Shown here: positions 25,101-36,683 of the stretch, one piece after another
How positions within the stretch are numbered: the stretch's first letter is position 1
Layout of the letters: every line of letters starts with the position of its first letter
Assembly: GCA_030141605.1 (NCBI GenBank)
Contig: JAQGDQ010000249.1
Coordinates: 267,243 to 331,242, forward strand
Direction of reading: 5' to 3'
DNA: 64,000 bases
Source of the DNA: Tubiluchus corallicola
Taxonomy: Eukaryota > Animalia > Priapulida
Program-made: the position numbers and the translations under genes
The notes under the pieces: generated by a model
What the model saw: the letters and a program-made list of their open reading frames with translations, nothing else
Databases searched by the model: none
Told to the model about the DNA's origin: nothing

Positions 25101-28100
25101 TTAGGATGAGGGTTAGGGTTAGGATTAGGATTAGGGATAGGGATAGAGTGAGGGTTGGGTTAGGGTGAGGGACAGGGTTACGGTTATGGTTACGATATTT
25201 GTGTGGGAAATTGTAATTTTTAGTTAAATTATCATTCTAGTTCAACAATACACTTTTCAATGATCCTTTATTTGCTCAACCTGGATCAGTCAGCCCCGAG
25301 AATGTGCAAGTCTTGAATACCTTAAAATTATTAATGAGAAGAGATACTCGCAGGCCTATTTCAACTCTTTTAGTATAATAATTTAACAGATTTTAATAGG
25401 TTTGGCATCCATTGTCGCAACTGCTAACTAAACAGAGATTATAGAGTTAGTTTATGTTATGTTATTGAATAAGAAAATAGAACTTCCATAATGCGTGCAA
25501 GGCATTAGAGTTACGAACCCTAGCAAAGGCCTAATGAATCCACCGATTTTAAATCTCATAAAATTTGATGTGACCTGACACACCTGAAACTAGACCATCT
25601 ATAACGAACATTTTCACTTTCTTATTCCGAATATAAATTAGGAAGATTACACTTTCCAAATGCTTTTTCACTTTTTCACGTACCACGTGATATTTTCATA
25701 GGATTTCTGTGGTAATGCAATTATTAATTTCTCACACTGCTGGATGTCAATTGATGCTTGATATTGCAATGCACGCAAAATTAAGATTTTTTAAAAATCC
25801 ACTGCCTTTGTAAAGTACATGGTCGTCCAAAAAAAGGTTCTGACAAACTGGGAATTTTCCACCCTGGTAAAGGCGGTTTTAGAAGAGACTTACATCATCA
25901 TGTAGCTCGGTTTCTGCTCAAAACAAACAGCTATGAAATTCCCACCATATCTTTACACGGTATTACGGTAAATAAGCAAAAAGTGCCATATTGAGAGATT
26001 TTCACCCCTTGTTTCTAGAGGAACACGGTGCAGAAAAAATATCCTAGTGGCTGTTATTGAAGATCTTTGACGGAAATTTATAGTTCTTTGGAAAAAACCT
26101 GGTTATAAGATGATGTGGGTCTCTTTTACAAACGCCTCTACCAGGATGAAAACTACGAGTTAACTTGGGGGAACGTTTTTTTCTGGACGAACCTGTATTA
26201 CGAAATACGGCCAATCTGCTGAAACCACCCGGGCAGACTAGGCACGAACGATTGTCATGGCGTGGAGCTCAGGGGGGGGGGGGGCGCATCCGCTTAAGTC
26301 ATTCCTGGATACCTTCATCCTGTGAATGAGGGACAAATCTACCTACTGAATCCAGCTTGGACGCAGCCAGACCTCTGGGCCTAAAACCATCAGTAAATTT
26401 CTTTATTTATACTGTAAAATTTTCTAATGTTAAACTGCTCAAAATTTTGTTTTAATTATTTCTTAAACTTGAAACCGTATAGGCGTTAAGCACTTTCTTG
26501 TAATCCTCATGTATTTTAAAGTAGGCGTTATGAATTTTAGAAGCGTTAGACAGCTCTTTACTCTATAAAACGTTCTACGTCCATACTTTCATTTGCAAAA
26601 TTTCAGAGTGGAATTCCTGGCAGTACGCCACCATCCTAAAATTTCTCTTACCAAACTAGAAACTTACCCATCATTTCTCAAGTAACTGGACATGTTGGTC
26701 ACAGTGTTGAAAAGCCAGACAGACAGACAGATGGCCACGCAGACCGCCGGAGAGAAGTACTGCTTGTAAATACCATGGTAACAGATGGCGATCAGACGAT
26801 TGATGCTTATGACCATGAGCGTCAATAGTGATGTGGTGCAGGCGATGTAGCACAGTGCCCCAATTATTTCACAGATTCCCACCTTTGACATCAGCATCTC
26901 TTCAGAAAGGTAACCTGTAATAAACACCAAAATCATAAAATTCCCAAAAGATTCGTCATATTAAACCTCCAAGTGACTTTGTTCACTTTCTTTGTTTTTT
27001 TAAACATTTCCAAACAAGGTCAATGACCAATTAAGGTAAGAGAGTACAGTGAAAATATGAAGAAATTAATAAGTGAATATATGTTAAAGAAACAGAAAAA
27101 ACAAAAGACAAGATATTCAATGACGTTCTTAAGTTTTAGGAGAAACAGGTTTCCGGTGGAGAATCCCACAAGTAAGAAGCTCAAATGAAAAAAAAACTTA
27201 ATTTATAAATAGTTTTTTACAGTTAGGAATCTCCATATAACCTTGTCCATGTAACGCCCATGAGAAGCAGCAGAAAAATGAGTATTGCGTTTAAACTGTT
27301 GGCGTTTTAGCTCCAATGACAACAGTTTCAGTGAGCATCTTCCATGTATTAAACACTAGCGGCCCCAGTTATAAAACTCTACAATAAAAACATCTTTACA
27401 AAAAACAAGGAAATAATAAACAAGGACAGTTTGTGAAAAAGGAAATAATAATTAACGATCACCGCTTGCATTCCCTAAAGAACAGGGACGTCTGTGACAA
27501 AAAACCAGTTGAAATCATAGCTCCAGAAGACAGAACAAGGCCTGTGTAGATATTAGATGGATTGAATTCTTACCTAGAATACCAGCTGGTGTAACGAGAC
27601 CAGTAATCAGCAAGTCAGCAATGGATAAGTTGCAAATGAAAACATTACAGGATCTTCTTAGCGGTTCGTACATTATAATAGACAGGATAACCAAGATGTT
27701 TCCGCTGATTCCCATACCTGCAAATGAAAATTAAATGTTTTCCTATACTCAGATTACCATACGAGCTGTGCTTTCAAAATTAATTTATGCCAGAAAGGTT
27801 TATAATAATTGTGAAGTTCTACGGGATGTCTAATTGGTTAAAACCGTAAAAGAGGACAAAATGCCCATTAAGTCTCAAAAATTCGTTGTTTTTTTCGGAA
27901 GAAAAATATAGAATTTTTTTAGACTTAATGGGCATTTTGACTTCTTTTGTGGTTACGACCATGGTAAATCTCAGAAGAGCACTATCTTATTTTCAAGCTA
28001 ATTTGTTAAAGCTCTAACAAGCAATTTCAAACGCATTTACGCTACTTCAGTGATAGACTATCGTTTGTTTGATTCTTTTTCGTATTTTTTGAAGGTTTCT

Positions 28101-28445
28101 GCTGGGCATTTTCTCTGAAAAAATACTACAAGAAACATTTTTTCAACATCTTAACTAACACAAGAACAAAGCAATGCTTCCGCGCTCTGGGGGGGGGGTA
28201 ATTATTTAATTCGGTTTTTGACAAGACGCTTAAAAAGCAGAACCCCATTGGACTATGAATGATTTTGCAAATTTTGGACAAAACTTGTATGAAAGGTTTA
28301 CTATTACTGACTCACCTGCTGACAAGATCTGCAGACAAAGATAAATAATGTCTGTAGTTCTGCTAAGCTGATTGCTTGAAACTCCTTCAGATTGTTGAGA
28401 AATGTTGTTGATGACAAGTGGAACCGCTGCTGATTCCATGTTCAC
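22140..28445 (-). CDS. Class A 7TM GPCR, melatonin-receptor-like (Tre1/Moody/MTNR group), ~351 aa
   Basis: Exons 28445-28316, 27717-27574, 26914-26668, 25000-24841, 22514-22140; phase-compatible. Motifs GNILVI, FICNLSIADL, ISINRLIAIC (NR in place of DR), CYTHIF, CSWGP, AHLNSATNPVIYG..N..FR. Confidence 0.9.
23305..23661. mobile_element. hAT-type MITE
   Basis: CAGGGCC...GGGCTG ends, subterminal gagg(a/c)cctaagcac repeats, 8-bp TSD with one mismatch (gcacgacc/acacgacc). Related to 57115-57364. Confidence 0.6.
25026..25195 (+). repeat. Dispersed repeat with degenerate TTAGGG tract, copy A
   Basis: ggctaaagtttacaattcc..acacaagaaat..agcggattag followed by TTAGGG-like hexamers. An inverted copy lies at 28641-28760. 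Confidence 0.8.
25818..26195. mobile_element. Tc1/mariner-type MITE
   Basis: TA flanks on both sides and ~80-bp imperfect TIRs (catggtcgtccaaaaaaa...ccctggtaaaggcg...catcatc / gatgatg...cgcctctaccagg...ttttttctggacgaacctg). Confidence 0.7.
27836..27960. repeat. Short foldback inverted repeat (MITE-like)
   Basis: caaaatgcccattaagtct is matched by agacttaatgggcattttg, within ~50-bp imperfect arms. Confidence 0.75.
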
Positions 28446-28640
28446 TATGATAAGATAAGATATTGTCTGATGTATAAGAGATGACGTTGAGTGTTTGCTG
28501 GCAAAATAATTAGTGGCTTTTTGAAGTTGATTTGCTTCATATGCGTGACACTACGCGCAAGCGTGTTGAGCTTTGATTTAGTCATGCAGAGTCATCACTT
28601 TAAAGGGAAGTAAAGGCAATTGTAAAGTATATTTAACACT

Positions 28641-28760
28641 AGCCCTAACCCTAGCTGTAATCCTAACCCAATCCCTAACCCAAGCCCCAACCCCAACCCT
28701 CACCCTAATCCGCTTTCTAATTTCTTGTGTTTGGGGAATTGTAAACTTTAGCCACCGTAA
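28641..28760 (-). repeat. Dispersed repeat with degenerate TTAGGG tract, copy B
   Basis: CCCTAA-like hexamers, then ctaatccgct..atttcttgtgt..ggaattgtaaactttagcc, the reverse complement of copy A. Confidence 0.8.
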
Positions 28761-30917
28761 AAAACGTTCCGTACAAAGTTATATTGCTGTGCATTACGCT
28801 TAACTCTTTGAAAGACATGTAACTGAAAATAGAAGATCCTTAATAAATTAAAATATTCGCGCCAGCTGGAAAAATGTCACTGGTTCACCAAAAAACCATT
28901 ATTACAGTTTTTTAGCTTGGCTAGTTAGATTAGATTAGTTTATTTCAGCGTATGGTCACCATGTTGGTACAATATCAAATATTTTTGTCCATTATTAGTA
29001 CAACATTGGACCAATATTGTCGTCCAATACTGAAAACACATATTGATAAAAAAATATTGGTACTATGTTGCGACAAGTCCGAATTTCCATATGATAGCCA
29101 TATTTGCAAAACTATTGTGACAACATTGGCACAATATTGCCGTGCTGCCTGGGATAGAGCTGGCAGAGATATTTGATACTTCTTTCGGATGCTACGAGCG
29201 CGAAATAACCACTTACAGATGACTGTCTAGAAGTGAATTTCCTGGCGAATACCCATAAATTTGTTTACAACTTTAAGAATGACTTACCTTAGGTTACTGC
29301 ACAAACACCACGACGAATCCAGCAATTTCCCTCTAATTGTAATTAGTTTAATTATGTAATTTCGCCTGCATGTTATGTATACACGTAGCGCTTGCTATAC
29401 AAGGGACATGTGAAAAAAAGCTTATCATATTCGACGGAAGAGGAAGTTCATCAAAGCTAATAATAAAATTGACAATAATTGAATAAACGGTTGAGTGCTC
29501 TTTTCTTAATCTCCAAAAGTAGATTTTATTTATTCCGGGAGCTTTCGTTTTTAACGGGCCTCGTTAGCAGGGTTGATGATTGTAAAAGGAAAACCTGAAG
29601 TCGATAATCTGTTAGTAAATAAACCTGCCCTTTGAGACTAAGAAAAGAGCATTCAGCTTTTTATTCCTTATAGTAAAGATAATAAAATCTTATTTAGTAA
29701 TAATTGGTTGAACAAGTAAATAAGCAAGATCATATATAAAGAAGCCAGCTCTAGTAATATTAATAATGCACAATGTTGAACGTAACCGGAGCTTGCATCA
29801 AGAAATCAGAGTTCTCGTACATTCTCTGAAGCTACGGGTGTCAGTAAGTAATTGCCCACCACTGTACAAAAAGAAAGCGAATAGAATAGATACATGGCAA
29901 AATCACGGGAGCATTTAGTTTTAAGCAAAGGACACCTATCTATATATCTAGCTAGTGCCACTAGTCTTAGCGATGAAGGCCAAAAATGGACAGGAGTGTG
30001 ATTCATGTTCTTTTCTCTTGACTCATTTGAGATCGATGTGGGCTGGTGCATAAAAAACTTCGAGAAGAAGTATGTCAGACGGTACCATCTATGGAGCTGA
30101 AAGGCATTTATCATAGCCGAGATAGTAATGTGCGCCATAAATTATAATCGAAATAGTGACAGAATTAATCACAATGGAATTGATCATGTAAAAAAGAAAA
30201 CCCTGTAAATAGTAATTGTAATAGTTTATATAAATGCCTATTCACAGAGATATTTATATCTAAAATGACATAATCTTATGTAATTTGCACTACTAATAAT
30301 CCTTCTGAAACATTACTAATAATATTGTAAATGCAAATATGTTATAATAATATGTCATAACCGTAATCAGGTAATATGTAAAAACGCATGTAAAACGACC
30401 TCCCTGCAAATAGAGTGAACTGTATACATGTATATTTGTGTAATAAAAAGAGTTATTATAATAATAAAAATTGACGGAAAATTTCAAGAACTTCAAAGAA
30501 TTTAAAAAGAAACACACTAAATAAGAATTATCACGACTGAAACGTTTATTTTTACCTGTGATTGCTATTTATGTATAGAAGCTATTGAGAAGCGTTTAAA
30601 TAATTACACTGAATTTCTTCATTGAATTTTTATGAACTTTTTCCAAATGAGAAATATTTCTGAAACATACAAGATTGCTGCACCCCCCGAATGCCATTAT
30701 TTAAGAAAGTATTAGAAAACTGTTTATGCCAACTACCCATGTTTGTCTTCTGGAGCTAGTTTGTTTTCACTCTTTATTGAAGGCCAAACAGCTACATGAA
30801 TTTTAATTAAATTTTGCTTGATTAATGTTAGGGACTTGGGGTGTCACTGGGGTCAGGTTAGGTCACCACCAGCTTTCGGTGTCTGAGATTTTTTGATGCT
30901 TAAGTATTGTTTTAATG

Positions 30918-31606
30918 CAGTGGTTCCCAACCGGGGGTACGGGTACCCCCTGGGGGTACGCAACAGCAATGCCAGGGGTACGCAGAAAGTGTGTCAGATC
31001 GACACATTTTTTTTCTTTCTGTAGCCGGTGAAAAGGGTAAAATACACCAAGTTGCAGCATCGCGATATTCTTCCTACGTCACACAATATATTTCACAAAC
31101 AATATCATTCCCGCGCAGTGTGCTAGAAAATACTTTTACCCGCCCACGAAAAGCCTATATTTTGTCGCTTTGTTTGTGCTGTATTTGGCTTTCGAGGTGT
31201 TGGTTCCATTTGTGACAACATACAAATGTGAGCTAGGCTTCAGTGCAATGCTACATTTGAAGACGAAGGCAAGAAACCATTTGGATTTGAGGAGCGACAT
31301 GCGAGTCGCAATATCAACAATTAAACCTCATATAAAAAAACTTGTTGATAATCATCAAAAATAGCGTGCGCATTAATTATGACTGCTGTGAAGATCGCGT
31401 TTCCTTGTATTGATGTTTTCATATTCGAGAAAGTTGTTCAAATTACGCATTTCTTAATAATCAGTGATAAAATGTCGATAATATTAATCGTTGTTTTCTG
31501 GAAACTGGTTTTTCAAACGATTTGTTGAAAAATATCAGTTGGGGGTACGCTGAAGATCGCCACATTTAGAAGGGGTACTTGGCAAGGAAAAGGTTGGGAA
31601 CCACTG
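30918..31606 (+). mobile_element. Non-autonomous hAT (Charlie/Buster-like) element, 689 bp
   Basis: Perfect 15-bp TIR CAGTGGTTCCCAACC and perfect 8-bp TSD TTTTAATG (30910-30917, 31607-31614). Internal remnant of the hAT dimerisation domain (LVPFVTTYKCELGFSAMLHLKTKARNHLD...MRVAIS) at 31170-31364. Confidence 0.95.
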
Positions 31607-32759
31607 TTTTAATGGAAAAACTCTTTCAACAGCATGGTTACTCAGCAGGGATACTGTAACACAGCAAGCGATGAGTTTTTGTATTTACCATAGAGCCGAG
31701 ATGAAAAAGCCAAATCTGAGTGTTTTCTGTATATTGAGATATATTGAGTTCTAGGAAAGAACACTATCCTAGAACTCAAATGATGCAATGCAATTTTTTA
31801 TTGGGCTTTTGCATGAATCATGGTATTCACAGACTAAAAAATAGCAGAAGTAGTTGTCTTATCGCATTTTGGCAAAAGCCAAAGGCACAAAGTCTATGTA
31901 GCTGAAGTGAAGTCTGAAAAAATGGTCTACAAACAAATAATTATCTTATTTAAATTTCACTGAGTGAACAACAATTAATCCAGAACTGTAAGAAACTTAA
32001 GTTTAAACGTTTATTAAAATTCTTCCACACTAAGTACTAAGAAATACATTTCAAAATAAAATGTGCACAACATTAAAATTATCGCCTCACAGTTTACATA
32101 AAAGTGCAAATACTGATGAAGAATGCACGGCAAGAGCTCAAAGGATCTACAATTTTCTGCAATGTGAAACATTTTTCGTAATTGTTTGCAACGAGGTGTA
32201 TCAGTTACGATGACTGCCTAGGACTGTTTGTATTTTTCTACAAATTAAAGTAGTAGAATAATCTATAGATCCCATTATGTCTACTGCTGACATCTGCCAA
32301 GTGAACTTTCAAGACAGATAAACATAGCTGCTGGTCCAGTAAAGAAAGTGGGAGAATAAATTGATTATTAAAAGCCATAATGGCTTGCTTGGTGGCGCCA
32401 TCTATAACTAAATTTAAAATGAAAAATTGGAATGTCTAAATTGCAATATATTTACGTTTATCTGACAATGCAACAAACTACTACATGTAGTACCACACAA
32501 GCAAATAAGTTACCTTCTGCCAATTTTAAAACCTTTCAAGACTCCTGCATCAGTTTTTTAATCAGAAGAAATTAAAAACCCAGGTTTAATGATAGTAATC
32601 ACTAATAATTATTCCAATATCTGTGGCACATAGCTTGTTAAAACTTCCACAATACAATTAAGGTACAACATCAACAATCATGTAATGCAGTAGATGATGC
32701 CAAAACAAAATGACAGTCGTTTCACGTTGAGCTGAAAACACTGACGCGATGTCTCATAA

Positions 32760-35700
32760 TTACTCAGCTCCATTCCTAGATGGTGACGCCGAACGAGAAT
32801 GTCTGCTCCTGGAGGCAAAAAACAAAGTCTTTTTAAGATTTTTGCAAAAACGCATCTTTTACAAGGCACGATTTAGCCATCTGTAGTTATGTCAGTTGTT
32901 TTGACGGCTTAATCTCCAAGTTTCTGTTAGTTGCAGACTGAAGCACCCTTGGAAATGAGAGTCTCAATAATCAAGTGGTACTTGTCTCACAGTCAGTTAA
33001 GAATGGTCACAAGCAGTCTTTTCAGGAGCATGTATAAATTAAACTTATTGTTGTAATTAAATTAAAAACATTGCTTAAAACCGAGTCTGTAATGCAAGTC
33101 AATTTAGACAGAAACTTCAAAGCATTTATTAAAACAACACAACTTTTATTAATTTAAATCCATTTGAAAACATGGCCAGATGTTTCGACAGCAGTCTCCT
33201 GATTATTAGGCCTCAGTCTTTGCAAGTGAAAGGCAAAATCTGTCATATTATGAAGAAACTGTACCACCATATTCAATTATGCATCGTGTTAAAATCTGGC
33301 AATAGTTTAGGCTCATTCTTCCCACTTAAAGACAAAATACTCACATTCTTACAGTCTGGTATTATTTATAGATTTCAGTGTAGCAGCTGCAATGCTGCTT
33401 ACCATGGCAGAACATCCAGACACTTTAAAATAAGAATATGTGAACATCTGAGTATTTCATCTAGAACTGGCAACAAATTAAAAAAAATTCCTCAATCTAG
33501 CATTAATGACCACACTTGTGCCTCTGGCCACGAAGCTAATTTTAATAATTTCATCACTGTGACCAGAGCTACAAATAACTGGGACTTATTAATAAAAGAA
33601 AGTTTATCTATGTACCTCAATAAGCCTTCTCTTAATGCACAAAGCAGTTCAATTCCGTTAACTTTATTTACAGATGCTTAGCTGTTACTGTATCAATTGC
33701 TTTTCTACAGGTCTGCTTATTCATTTCTTATTTGGCTTCCTTGTTATACATAATTAGTGCACAATTTTTTCTACTGTAGGCTCTGCCTATGTGTAAGCTG
33801 GTTGTTTGGTTCTATATTGTACCACTGATGATGACAGCAGACTGCTGTCGAAAGCTCTAGACATGTTTTTAAACAGTTTTACATTAAAGTTTTTTAATAA
33901 AAGTTGTGTTGTTTTAATAAATACGCGGCAGTGTTTGCAGTAGCTGTAGAAACTGAGCAATGCTATTTACATTATACAAACAATCATACGTACCTACTGC
34001 GGCTTCTACTGGCTGAACGTTTCTTGTCTTCACGGCTACGAGATCTTGACCGAGAGTAACTTCTTCTGCCCCTAAATATAATTAAGAAATTAATAGTAAC
34101 TATACACAAAAGAAAATTGTAATAATTTTAAAATGCATTTTGCAAATGGCATTAATTATAGTTTATTAATATAGCTATATATTTCAAATGATAAGTTTCT
34201 TTCCCCAATTATTTCGTTTTTCAGGATGCCAAGATTTTTCATTCTCATGTAAAAGATTTAATTTACTAAATAACAAATATGCACGATAGCAAAATCGTAA
34301 CCCACATTGTTTATTTACTTATTTTGATGCAGTCAGCATTTATATACCTGACCTACTCGATGAGTAAGCAGAAGAGCAAGTATGAAAGATGAAAACGATG
34401 ACTGCAGTCTTGCTGCACGTGCCAAACATGGCAGCTGAATAATCTGCACCGTTTCGGTGCGATGATTTGCACGGATTTCCAACAAATGCAGAATAGCGAA
34501 CGCTGTGACGACGCCGTAAAATTAGCTGCTGAAGAAATGCACAGCTGATCAAAACATTTTACGAAAGGCCCAGATGCGTCGAATACAAGCGACTAAATCT
34601 CGATATCCACGCTGCAGGTGACAGTGCAAACAGCTGATATTGGTGTAAATTAATTGCAGATATCGATGTTACATAAATTCAATCGATGTGGAAACATACC
34701 ACCCTGTAAATTATAGTGAACAATGCTATAATAGCTGTGAATTTCAATTGGAATTAAGAATTACAACCACTGAAATAAAATGCTTAAAATAATAAGATGT
34801 AGAATAAAGGTAAACCAGACAATTGAAATGACTAAGTCTCTTCAAAGCTGCTTAAGTTAATTAACGTGAAACATACCTAAAGATGCTTTGCAGTATCAAA
34901 TAATGAATTGCATCAAATGATTTTTGAGCACGAAGTAGGAACAGTGGCCCAATGATAATTTTCCAAAAATAAATAAAAATCTAACAAAAATCTACAACAC
35001 CACGAAAGTAAAAGGTAAAGCAGCTTATAGTGCCACACAATCATTGTTGCACTTGTAATGTTTAAGAGAGCAAAAGTGTTTTTCTTGCAAAGTGCAAATG
35101 ATAGCCAAAATTAAACCTACGTGTACACTGCAGGATGAAAATATTTAAGATTTAAAATAACGAAAGTTAAACAAGCATTCAGGTGACAGAAAGAGCAGTA
35201 CTTTACCTGGAATGTGAGCGATCTCGTGAGCGTCCTCTCCGCCCACCACTTCTCCTTTTGCCGCAGTCATAAGCATAATGGCCTCGTTCACCACACTCGT
35301 AACATTTGTCGTCGGAATTGAAACGGCGACGAGGAGGTCCCCGAAATCCACCACCACCACCACCACCATATCCGCCACGTCTCTGCTGTCTTCGTCCAGA
35401 GGACATTTCCACGCGAACTCGTTGACCACACACGGTCCTAAAGACAAGTGGATCAAACTCTTAACACACAAATTCCTCTGCATTACTCACTGTTTTTAAG
35501 GCTTACTCACTAGCCCATATGAAGCAATTATTACCAATATTTGTTTTCTGGCCAGAGCTCTAGTTAGCAAAAAAATAATTCTAAGAATTCTGCCAATAAG
35601 TTCAGGATTAACCATGCCTATCGTAGGTGTGTAGTTTCTACCCACAGCTAGGGGCGAGCATCCATCGAACGTTCACGTTTGAACAAATTTTTTTATTCAA

Positions 35701-36683
35701 ATTCGATTTGAACACCAAACTATGAATTTGAATAGTTCAAAGCCCCAATTACTTTGTCATTAAACATTTAAAATATCATGCAATAAGAACAATTTAGCTG
35801 CGATTTTTGTGTACTGTGTTTTAACAAATCATTACTAGTTTTTACCACAGAACAAAAGCAATATGCGCAATCTTTGCAAGCTGCTATAAAATGAAAATAA
35901 GTAGTGAAAGTGGAAATTTGGTCGTCTCCACTCACCCTGCATTCTGCATTGTGGGTTATATTATAGCAATTTACAAAATATTTGTCTTGTTAGTAAGGCC
36001 TGTAGAAGCAAGTACATATTTTGTATTCTTTAAGTTTACTGAATCATTAGAAGCAACTTACAACAAGATTTTGAATAAAACAAGGGAAGGGGCAATTTAA
36101 GACGTGCAAAAGGAGAACTAATCTCAAACGCATCACTTAAAAACAAAGTAAGTAAAAAGTAGATTATTTAAATTGCTAAATGCAGCAAAATATTTTTACC
36201 GTGATTCTTGGTTTTATGTATACAAATCAGTCATTAAAATCTTAGTGTAAATTAGTACATGGCTACATGCAGTCTCTGCCATCTTGGAACTGAATTAATT
36301 TTTTGTGCACACAATTTTTTGGTACTACAAATTGAAGTCAATCTTCAATTGTCCGAATCAAGCTATTACACCCTTGCGCCGTGTCACACACATAGGGTTT
36401 GTTTCATGCCTTAAAGTCAAATAACATCAACATTAAACAATGATTACCTTCCATCCAATCCTCGTGCGGCATCTTCAGCATCTCTTGGATCTTCAAACTC
36501 AACAAATGCAAATCCTGGAGGATTTCTCGCAACCCAGACGCTCTTCAAAGGACCATAGTAGCCAAAGGCTTCCTCAAGGTCATATTTGGATGCATTGTTG
36601 CCCAAGTCACCAACATAAACTTTGCAATCTGACGGCCCACGAGTCACACCAGATCGACTTGAACCTCCGTCTCTCCACGACAT
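32760..36683 (-). CDS. SRSF7: Serine/arginine-rich splicing factor SRSF7 (9G8)/SRSF3 family, ~197 aa
   Basis: Exons 36683-36448, 35437-35207, 34071-33994, 32808-32760. RRM (CKVYVGDLG...[23 protein letters not shown]), zinc knuckle [16 protein letters not shown] domain. Non-coding exon 1 donor after 37955; minus-strand AATAAA at 32015-32010. Confidence 0.95.
33124..33922 (+). mobile_element. Truncated Penelope-like element (GIY-YIG endonuclease end) with inverted terminal segments, in the last SRSF7 intron
   Basis: ORF 33172-33681 reads [31 protein letters not shown]...SSINDH...GH...LLIKESL...KPSLN. Positions 33124-33152 and 33894-33922 are a perfect 29-bp inverted pair, and imperfect similarity extends to ~85 bp. 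Confidence 0.9.
33818..33864 (+). ncRNA. Minimal hammerhead ribozyme motif of the Penelope-like element
   Basis: CTGATGA (33825-31), T, stem II GACAGCA/TGCTGTC, GAAA (33850-53), GC, TC with palindromic AGCT. Stem I is imperfect. Confidence 0.7.
34348..34703 (-). other. SRSF7: Candidate poison (PTC-containing) cassette exon of SRSF7
   Basis: Acceptor tttacag|G at 34703; donors after 34353 (GTCAGG) or 34348 (GTATAT). In-frame TGA after [10 protein letters not shown]/CpG-rich island within an AT-rich intron. Confidence 0.7.

Noticed and set aside
25094-25195. Interstitial telomere or chromosome-fusion relic
   Set aside because: The hexamers are degenerate and attached to a unique head that recurs at 28700-28760, which fits a dispersed repeat.
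32329-32514. Possible 3' UTR intron in SRSF7 (minus-strand ag|gtaact ... ccagcag|)
   Set aside because: Splice-like motifs only, with no independent support.
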